A stretch of DNA of 64,000 bases from Lama guanicoe (lineage: Eukaryota), in assembly GCA_013239625.1 (NCBI GenBank), contig MU053513.1, positions 1,104,927 through 1,168,926 on the forward strand, given 5' to 3'. The position numbers and the translations under genes were made by a program. A model generated the notes under the pieces. That model saw only the letters and a program-made list of their open reading frames with translations, had not been told where the DNA came from and did not search any database. Position 1 is the stretch's first letter. Each line of letters opens with the position of its first letter. Of the stretch, positions 54,621 through 64,000 are shown piece after piece.

Positions 54621-55439
54621 ATTTTTTCAGGGGGGAGTGTGGGCAATTTAAATTTGAGTGCTTTTATATCATTCCAGTTCCCAATTATCCTCACAAATCC
54701 CCTATTCTTGGTTCTGACAAATTTAAATTAGCTTCCTGGATCAGAAAGAAATTCAAGTTTTTGACACTATTAAAAAACAAAAGCAATATTGAATAAAAAT
54801 ATTTTAAGCAGTTTTAGGTATTATTTACTTAGTTAAAAAAGTGCCAGAACTTATTATATGCTTATTATTTGCCAAGCTGTTTCCATGTATCTCATTTATT
54901 CATTTCAATAACCTTATGAGAAAGATATTAATATTTCCTCCAGTTTTCAGATCAATAAACAAAATACTGGAATTAAATAATTTGCTAAACTTCATTCTGC
55001 TACTGAATTTAAAGCCAAGATTTGAGCTATAATCTAAGTGAAAATAGCATGATAATGGCTTCATAAGTACATATATTTACCCAAACTGGTCCAATTATAT
55101 ACTTTCAGTAATTTAATGATCTCGGTTATACCTCATTATAGTTATTTTTAAAAGTCCAAAATTTCCAAACAGTATATTACCTTGGTTTTCCCTGTTTTGT
55201 AAGAAAGTTTGTAGTACTATTAAACTGCCTGGCCACAGTTTAAGGGCAATGACATACATAAATATACTTAGATAATGCATTTCATTGATATGAAAATAAA
55301 AGTAAAAAAATAACATCTAAGAGATCACTGATCTTCCGCTGAATTGATGCTCTTTTCAAAAGTCATTCATTGTCTGCTTACTCTAATGTCTCTAGCTGTG
55401 CAAGGTAAGCTTCCTATTTGCGTTCTGAACTAAGAGTCT

Positions 55440-56500
55440 TTCCTTCATTCTTTCCTCCAGAAAATATTTACCAGACACCGACCATGTGCCCCCACTGTTC
55501 TGAAGCCTAAGGATGCAGCAGGCAAGACAGATGAAGTTCCTGCCCCCATAAAGCTACATTCTTCCCTGGAAGGCAGACAATCAACACAAGCGTCATCCAG
55601 AGAAAAGCACTGTGAGGAGAACAAATGAGAACAAGAGGAAAAGGAATGATGTGAGAAGGTGTCTGCCCTTTACACCACGTGATCAGGGAAGGTCTGAGGA
55701 GATGACCTTGAAAAAAAAAGACCTGAATGAAGGGGCCACAGTACCATGGACATGTCTAGAGGAAGGGCACTGTGGGCAGAGAAGGGCAAGCACAGACAAA
55801 CTTGGATGGCAGTAAGGCCAGTATGGCTGGAGTCAGGTAGATATGGAAGAGAAGGAAGTCAGTGATCACTCTGGTAAGAGAACGAGCGTAGGGCACCTAG
55901 GAGGCTATCGCAATATCAGGTGAAAGATCAAGGTCACGTAGACTAGTGGCAGTGGGGGAAGCAATGTAAAGTGGTCGGAATCTGGATGCCTTTAAGGATT
56001 AAAAAAAAAAAAACAAGAGAACTTGTTGTTGGACTGGACACGGGGAGTAGGGAGTAGGAATGAAGGAAAAAGAAGAATTTAGTCTGATCCCAAGGATTTT
56101 GGCTTGAGCACTGAGTAGATGGTGGAAGCATTGATTGAGATGAATATACTAGAAGACTTCTTGAGGGGAAACTAGGTAGTCTGTCTTCCACTGAAACCTA
56201 GAATTGCATACGTAATATAGGGAGTTGGGTGCATGAGATCAGAGACCAGGAAAGTGGTCAAGGTTAGACTTTGAATTTGAGAATCATCAGCGTATAGATA
56301 AATTTAAAGCTAAGAGTGAGTTTAAATGAATAAGGGCAGCCCTATGGACCAAGACCTGCCCCTCTCCCCACCATCTACAGGTCATAATGATTAGAAGGGT
56401 CTATCCAAGAAAAGTAAAGAAAAGTAAAGAAAATCTAGAAGAGTAAGTTATCCCAGGAGCCACGTAAAGGAGAAAGTGATCAGCTGCATCCAATGGTGGA
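55440..56500 (-). mobile_element. L2 remnant
   Basis: tatttaccagacaccgaccatgtgcc, ttcctgcccccataaagctacatt, ttttggcttgagcactgagtagatggtgg. Confidence 0.6.
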
Positions 56501-57030
56501 GCTCTTTCCTTCAAAGCCTCTTCCACTTATACATCAAGAAAGACTCATTCTCTTCCTGAGGAGCTGGGAGCTTGAGGGATGGTCTTGTCTCACTGTGGGG
56601 AGAGGGCATTTGGGTAGTGGTGACTACCTCCAGCTAGGGAAATCCTGAGCAGTGCTAGACATGAGAATGTGACTCGACTGTGAAAAAGAGAATGAAGCTG
56701 CAGAGAAGCTATCTCCACAGAGCTGAGCGACGCGCTGTGGTCTGTGCTAGCAACTGGGAGGGAGGTGTCCTGCCCTGGCCACCGTGAATGGACCTTCAAG
56801 GATGAGTGTTTCCATTTCCCTATTTTCATGCTCAGTGAAGAGGGTCTCTTGCCAAATGGACCAATCAACTGAGGGTCTTAATGTATTGGAGTCCACTGCT
56901 TTATGTGCTGCTGGTGACATAAGACTAAAGCTGATTCCAGCAAGGAAACATAGTAAGGTTTCTGAAAAGCTGTGATGGGAGGAGCAGCCTCAGGCAGAGA
57001 ACACTGAGTAATACAAAAGGGTTTGTTGAT

Positions 57031-57104
57031 GGGGATGGTATGTCTTAGAGGTAGAGCCCGTGCTTAGCATACACAAGGTCATGGGATCAATCCCCACTTT
57101 CTAC
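57031..57104 (+). mobile_element. tRNA-derived SINE, vic-1-like (camelid), diverged
   Basis: ggggatggtatgtcttagaggtagagcccgtgcttagcatacacaaggtcatgggatcaatcccca: degenerate A/B boxes, resembles the vic-1 head as recalled. Confidence 0.7.
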
Positions 57105-59489
57105 GATCAGGTTCCACTGCTCCCTGGAAGGCTCAAAAGAGCAAGAGGTCTTTTTCCATTTTGAAGGCAGCTTCAAGAACTCAGACTGGAGCCAGAGGGT
57201 CTAACATCACCTGAGAAACAGCTGTCAGTTCAATTAGAAAGTGGGAATCTTAGGGTAATATTTGACACAGTCTCTGTATCGTCAATAGAATGGAAATAAA
57301 TAAGGCTTAGCTCCTTAATAATAAAGAAACAAGACATGCAGATGGGAAGAGAGATCATTTAGTAGTCTGGACTTACCTCAAATTCTTTTAAGAGATACTG
57401 TGCAATCAGCATTTATCAAGATGTAGTTTCAAACCTGCTCCCCACCTCCCCTCCAACATACATACAAATAACCCAAGACTTAGGTAGCTCTTAAATCATG
57501 TCATTTGAATGGACCAGCTCCTTCAAGAAATTGATATTCCCAGTTTTTCTATCCCAAAGTCTTTGGAAAACATAGATGCTCTCTAGGAGATCAGAGGTGT
57601 GATAAGCCCTATCTAAAATCCTGTGTTGGGGTTCCCTCTTGCACATCTCCACTGGACCTTTTAGTGTCAAGGATCCACTATATATGTTGGGAGCATTCCA
57701 AGTGTCTCAAGCCTTTATAAAGGGGATGCACTCCGACTGTTCAGACAGCCTCAGCTAAATTTCAGGACAGAGGTGTGTCCTTCTGTTATATAATCTGTAG
57801 ATGACAGTCATGCCATTATTCTTGAAAGGCCCACAGGCCACATTGATAAGACTGACAGATAACATTTCTTCTTTATCATGTGAAGTATAGGGCTTTGTCA
57901 GATGGGAATGAAGACTTCGGACATGTTGCTTCCAGTCAGTGTCCTTGACCCTCACGTGGTACTGAGAAGCTCCCCTTTGCTGACCACACCCTTCCTCTTG
58001 GTCCCTCCAATTCTGTCCCTCTTTCATACTTCCCCCAGAGTTATGGCCAGTTTCTCTTCCCTCTTTCCTCTGGATGGGTGACCACCTTGTAGTTTCTACA
58101 GAACTGGGTTCCTCTATTACTTTTTTAATCCATAACGATTTCCTAAATTCTGTGTTCAGATTCTTTCATGGCCTGGACTCCCAAGGGTCCACTATGGATG
58201 TTAAAATATCTGAACATGGTTTTAGGATTTTTTTTTTCACTCTCCAGATTAAAAAATCTTAATTTTCAGGAGGACTCAGGAGTTACTCAGTGAGTAACTC
58301 TGGGAAATGGAGAAAGAACCATATACAAGGAAGTAAAGAAAAAAATTACCAAAGTTGCTATTTTAAGAGGTTATTTAGCTACACGTGGTGCCCATTTGAA
58401 ATCTCTGACGTCCTATCATGTAGATGAATCACTTTTTTTTCCTCCCTGGACTCTTCAGTCTTAGGGACTTGACAATCTCCCCTCTCTAAGTCTACACTGA
58501 GAACAGAACCACCAATTTCCAACCAGGCAGAACAGGGTCTGACACACTCAGAATGCCACGAATGTATTTGTTTTAGTGCACTTATTTAAATTGTAGTAGT
58601 CCATTCACTTATGAATTACTTCCACAGCACCTCATCAAATGGGAGACAAATGAAGTCAAAAGCTTAAATATATTTCCTTGCATTTTTTTATTAATGTCAG
58701 ACATGCACTGTGATGAAATATGCCAAAGAAATCAATTGTTCAAAAACCTATTAAACGTTACAATGATTTACCCCCCACTGCTGAGCACAGCTTGTTAGTC
58801 TTCTTCCCCACCCCCTCTCCAACTCCTGCAATCTGCCCTTGCAGTTTTGCTTACACTGACATTCCTGTCCTGGAGCCTGGAACAGCTTGCATCTACCTGT
58901 GTAAGGGACGTGACACGCAGCTGGATTTTCGCTATAATCCTAACTCTCTCTCCTGCTGACCCCAGTGGACTACATCTTCTCCAACATCAGAAAAAAACTG
59001 TGCAAGGGTTTGCAACTTGTAGGCAAGATTCCTGCTTGTTTAGATTGACGGCAAAAATCAGATGTACTTAACCTACTGTCCTCCATAAACTGGCCCAAAG
59101 ACTCATCACATTAGGGATGGAATTTAGGGACCTCCAGATTCCCACAGTTTGGGGAATACCTGAAGACTTTGATCAGCCTTGCTATCAAGTGGCTACTTTA
59201 GCATCCGATGGGGTTTTGTCCCTACAAGATGCTTACTTATCTGCTGGTCTCTGAAGTACCTGGGACTTACTTGAGTCCCCCAGTCGATTTTATCAAATTA
59301 GTTATGAGCCTGCTTTTTTAATGAAGAAGCAACATGATAATCTTTAAAATTAGTTTTCTAGAGAAGACAAGGGCTTACACATCACCCTCCGTAACCACTC
59401 CTCTTTGGTATTTTATTAAGGTGGATTCTGGGTGAATTTGGACAATGCTACAAATTTCTCTCAGAAAGAGTCACTTTTGTTTTTACTTT

Positions 59490-60005
59490 TTGTCAAGCTT
59501 TATTAACATATAATTAATATATAACATTATGTAATTTTAAGGTATTCAACATGATGACTTAATACACATATATGTTGTGAACTGATTACCATAATAAAGT
59601 AAGTTAACACTTCCATCCCCTCAAGCCATTACCTTTTTTTGTATGTGAGGTGAGAACATTTCAGAGCTACTCTCTTAGCAATTTTCAAGTATACAATACT
59701 GGACTGTTAACTATAGTCACCATGCTGTACATTAGATCCCCAGAGCTCATTCATCTTACAACTGGAAATTTGTACTCTTTAGCCAGCATCCCCTGTTTTT
59801 TCCCCACCCCTCAGCCCCTGGCAACCACCATTCCACTATCTGTTTCTATGAGTTTGGCTTTTTTAGATCCCACGTATAAATGATATCATACAGTATTTGT
59901 CTTTCCTGTTTGACCCATTCCACTTAGCATAATGTCCTAGTCCATCCATTTTTGTCTAAAATGACAGGATTTCCTTCCTTTTAGGGCTGAATAATATTCC
60001 ATTTT
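59490..60005 (-). mobile_element. L1MA-like 3' UTR
   Basis: ttaactatagtcaccatgctgtacattagatccccagagctcattcatc...cagtatttgtcttt. Confidence 0.8.
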
Positions 60006-60745
60006 CTTTGACTTGCACTAGTAATCTTATTTGATCATTCTACTTTGGAAACATGGCTAGGATGGTTTGGAATTCAATTAATGAAAATCAGGCCTGAGTT
60101 CATTAAAGGAAAAACTATTTTTTTTTGGAGAAACAAGATGTAAGTCCTTGAGAAATACTTGTTCTTTTCAATTAACTTCAATTCATATTTTATCCAGAGA
60201 TAAGTGAAACATTCTCCCTCCTTTATTTCTCTCCAGCATTTCATTCTGTCCAAGTCTTCTCTCCTATAAGGAGAAAACTTTAAATACATGTTATTGCTCT
60301 GGGAAGGTTGGGAGGGATGCTTAATAACAGGTGTGCTTACTCCCTGACAGGCACGGTGCTAATTTCTGTGAATACAAAGATAAGCCAAATCCAAATCCTG
60401 CTTCTCAAAAACACAATTTATTTAGAGCAACAGATATCTACGTTAATCGTTTTATAGTCAATGTGATTAGTGCTCACATAGATTTTTCATTGTAAGAGAA
60501 TAGCTGATTTTGCTGAGGAGATTTAGAAAGGTGTCATAGGGATTAAACTGTAAATAGTGAAGAAATACAGAGAGTGGTTTGCAGTAGGGTCCACCACTGC
60601 TCAGGGTTGGCCTCTGCACCTGAGGTATGACTGATTTTAGAAGGAACCATCAGGAAGATATTGTCGGGGACAGAGGCGAAACTGTGAATGAAAGCAGAGT
60701 CTCAAGAAGATTGTCAGCAACCCCAGTTTGGGCCAAGTGTCTGAA

Positions 60746-60795
60746 TCAAGGCAACTGATACTGCTTGCAGAGCTGGACCATTCCCACAACTGCAT
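60746..60795 (-). other. IFI44L: IFI44L terminal exon start (former coding tail, now downstream of the stop)
   Basis: Acceptor ttttgttttcag|. In phase 1 it reads (D)AVVGMVQLCKQYQLP*, comparable in position to the recalled human tail GAIERALQPCI*. Confidence 0.6.
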
Positions 60796-60962
60796 CTGAA
60801 AACAAAACATAAAAAGGGTAAAAACAAAGCACATATAGAAACATGGCTGACAGAACTGGAACAGGCAGATGGACGCCAGCCCTCCAACTGAGATATAGTT
60901 TAGAGTTTGTCAAAAAGCACCAGTGCTTTTGGAGAGGAGCAGAAAGGGGCCAGAGCACCTGT

Positions 60963-61133
60963 TTATTCAAGAGGCAGATCCTCTAAGAAGTCATCTGCAG
61001 CTCTCAACATCTGCTTCAGCGCAGACAGGATCAGAATGTCCTTTACGGGGTCCATCTCCTGCTCTGAAGCATAATTTTCAACCACGAAGATTTTAGAAAC
61101 AGGAATGCCTAGCAGCTCGCTGGCAATTATTAT
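60963..61133 (-). CDS. IFI44L: IFI44L exon 8, coding part ending in TAA (upstream exons lie beyond the window)
   Basis: tccacag|IIIASELLGIPVSKIFVVENYASEQEMDPVKDILILSALKQMLRAADDFLEDLPLE*. Paralogous to IFI44 exon 8, in tandem upstream on the same strand. The exon runs 175 nt to donor CAG|GTGCTC at 60959. Confidence 0.88.
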   Translation of the reverse strand: MIIASELLGIPVSKIFVVENYASEQEMDPVKDILILSALKQMLRAADDFLEDLPLE

Positions 61134-61619
61134 CTGTGGAAAAAATGAATTTAATAAGCATAAGTCTTATATCTAAAATTTGGCTGAATTGAAATATAAT
61201 TCAAGAAACAGAAAAAGTAATAGCTTAATAAATTATTTTCTGAGTATAATTATAATTCACATGATTCTTATTTTAAAGTGGGGTATAAACTTGAATCAAC
61301 CAGGCAGTTGATCCATGTCTTCATTTACCTGTGAGTATACAGTGTGAGCACACACACACACACACACACATATGAGTGCACGAGCACACGCACACACACA
61401 CTATTTCAATATTGTCTAGTTGCAAAAAGTATTCTTTACCTGGCTTTGAGAAATCATAGATTTACTCATCTTTGAGAAGTTGTTTTCAAGAACTTCATTG
61501 CTGTTTTTCACTTTAGTAAGCAAGGCTACCTGTGCGACACCTAAATCAAGTAGATAAATCAGTTATTTTATGTCATGAAAGTGATGTGTCATTTTAATAG
61601 CTCTGTAACAATTTTCAGA

Positions 61620-62780
61620 TTGAATTTGTGGTTTTAAAAACTCCTGAAAAAGAAATCTGCAGGCCCAGATGGTTTTATTGGAAAATTCTACCAGATATTC
61701 AAAGAGAAATTAATACCAATTTTACATCATTTCTTCCAGAAATGAAAGCAGAAGGAACATTCCCCAACTCATTTTACAAAACAAGTTCCTTCCTCTTTAA
61801 CTGACAGCAGTGCAAGAGAAATTCAATGGACAAATGATGATCTTTTCAGCAAATGGTGCTGGAGCAATTGGATATTCACAGGCTAAAATAAAATAAAATA
61901 AATGAACATTGACCTATAACTCACGTCTCATATCAAAAGTGATTCAAAATGAGTCATATATTTAAATATAAAACGTAAGACTATAAAACTTTTTGAAGAA
62001 AACACAGAAAAAAATCTGGGGACCTAAAGCTTGGTGAAGAGTTTTAGACACAAAATGAAAAACATGACTCATAAAAGAAAAAATTGACAAACTGGAGCTC
62101 ACCAAAATTTAAAAAATTTTTTTCTGTGAAAGGTTTTGTTAAGATAATGAGAAGACAACTGAGCAGTCGGAGAAACTATTTGCAAATCATGTATCTGAAA
62201 ATTGACTCCTATCTAGAATGTGTAGATCTCTTAAAACTCAGCAGCAAAAAGCCAAAGAGTCAAAATAGAAAACAGGCCAATGACAGAAGAGATATTTCAC
62301 TGAAGAAGACATACACAAACAAATAAGTACATTAAAAGATGTTCAGTGTATTTAGTCATCAGGGTAAAGCAAATAAAGGCCATGATTAGCTATCACTATA
62401 TAACTATTAGAAAAGTTAAATTTTTAAAAAATATCAATAATGCCAAACAGTAGCAAGAATGCAGAGAAACTGGTACTCTCATATATTGCTGGTAAAAATA
62501 TTAAATGTGTAGTAATGTTGAAGAATGGTTTGGTGATTCTTAAAAAATTAAACACATCTAGCATAGGAGCCAGCAATCACACTCTTGGGGAATTATCCCA
62601 GAAGAATAAAAATTTATGTCCACATAGAAACCTATTCATTAATATTTAAATGAACTTTATTTGCAGTACCCAAAAACAAGAAGTAATCAAAAAGTCCTTT
62701 GATAAAGAATGACTCAAGAAAACTATAGAGTATCTATACCATGGATATCACTGGGTATTTTTTACTCGACAATAAGGAGT
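61620..62780 (+). mobile_element. Old L1M ORF2 / 3' fragments
   Basis: L1 phrases such as gcaggcccagatggtttt, aaatggtgctggagcaattggata, tatttgcaaatcatgtatctg; no intact frame. Confidence 0.8.
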
Positions 62781-62784
62781 GGAC

Positions 62785-64000
62785 AATACCAAAACCAGGC
62801 AAAGGCACTACCAAAAAAGAGATTATAGGCCAATATCACTGATGAACATAGACGCCAAAATCCTCACCAAAATATCAGCAAATAGAATCCAACAACATAT
62901 AAAAAAAGATTATACATCATGACCAAGTGGGGTTCATCCCAGGGACACAAGGGTGGTTCAACATACGCAAATCAATCAATGTAATACATCACATCAACAA
63001 GAGAAAGGACAAAAACCACATGATCATCTCAATCGATGCAGAAAAAGCATTTGATAAAATTCAACACCCATTTATGATAAAAACTCTCACCAAAGTGGGT
63101 ACAGAGGGAACGTATCTCAACATAATAAAAGCTATATATGACAAACCTACAGCCAGCATAGTTCTCAACGGTGAAAAACTCAAAAGCTTCCCTCTAAAAT
63201 CTGGGACAAGACAAGGATGCCGACTATCACCACTCCTATTTAACATCGTCTTGGAAGTCCTAGCCACAGCAATCAGGCAAGAGAGAGAAATAAAAGGGAT
63301 CCAAATTGGAAAAGAAAAGGTAAAAGTGTCATATATGCAGACGACATGTTACTATATATATAGAAGACCCTAAAAGGTCCACACAAAAACTACTAGAGCT
63401 GATTGAAGAATTCAGCAAGGTAACAGGTTACAAAATTAATGTTCAAAAATCAGTGGCATTTCTTTACACTAACGATGAATCAACAGAAAAAGAAAGTAAA
63501 GAAACAATCCCCTTTAAAATAGCACCCAAAGTAATAAAATATCTGGGAATAAATCTAACCAAGGAGGTGAAAGAATTATACACAGAAAACTATAAACCAT
63601 TGATGAAGGAAATTAAAGAAAACTTTAAAAGATGGAAAGATATCCCATGCTCTTGGATTGGAAGAATAAATATTGTTAAAATGTTCACACTGCCCAAGGT
63701 AATCTACAGATTTAATGCAATCCCTATCCAATTACCCAGGACATATTTCACAGAACTAGAACAAACCATAATAAAATTTATATGGAACTATCAAAGACCT
63801 AGAATTGCCAAAGCATTACTGAAGAGAAAGAAAGAGGCTGGAGAAATCACTCTCCCAGACTTCAGGCAATACTATAAAGCTACAGTCATCAAGACAGCAT
63901 GGTATTGGTACCAAAACAGACATACAGACCAATGGAACAGAATAGAGAGAACAGAAATGAACGCACAAACTTTTGGTCAACTCATCTTCAACAAAGGAGG
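62785..64000 (+). mobile_element. LINE-1 ORF2 (RT region), relatively young, 5'-truncated, runs off the window; in an IFI44L intron, antisense to the gene
   Basis: ORF 62927-63373 [23 protein letters not shown]...[19 protein letters not shown]...[21 protein letters not shown]. Frameshift near the ADDM motif. Confidence 0.95.

Noticed and set aside
54401..54731. K/E/R-rich and F/L/S-rich ORFs
   Set aside because: Translations of the (TTTC)n microsatellite.
57031..57104. tRNA gene
   Set aside because: Degenerate A/B boxes and no proper cloverleaf; fits a tRNA-derived SINE.
62927..63373. 148-aa reverse-transcriptase ORF as a gene or novel retroelement
   Set aside because: Ordinary 5'-truncated L1 ORF2, frameshifted near the catalytic motif.

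Overview
AT-rich, repeat-dense mammalian genomic DNA, most likely camelid (inferred from a vic-1-like tRNA-derived SINE and recurrent artiodactyl-type L1 3' tails, with no Alu, Bov-A or PRE-1 SINEs seen). The right 25 kb holds the interferon-stimulated IFI44 locus on the minus strand. It has an ISRE promoter (~53.3 kb), a non-coding exon 1 and seven coding exons (52945 to 40794) that splice in frame with GT-AG junctions to a 423-aa protein with an N-terminal TLDc-like region and a P-loop (GPIGAGKS). The last two exons of the paralogue IFI44L lie upstream (61.1-60.7 kb). The left ~39 kb has no protein-coding gene I can support. It contains a near full-length Tigger2-family transposon, L1/L2/MIR/MLT/ERV relics, a U6 retrocopy, candidate CTCF sites and a perfect 52-bp palindrome. 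I found no wholly new biological system. The most notable observation is that both paralogues appear to have lost their terminal-exon-encoded tail at the same point by different lesions: a dead splice donor in IFI44, and a single change giving both a stop and an AATAAA in IFI44L. Repeat boundaries and family names are by eye and approximate. Comparisons with human genes are from memory.
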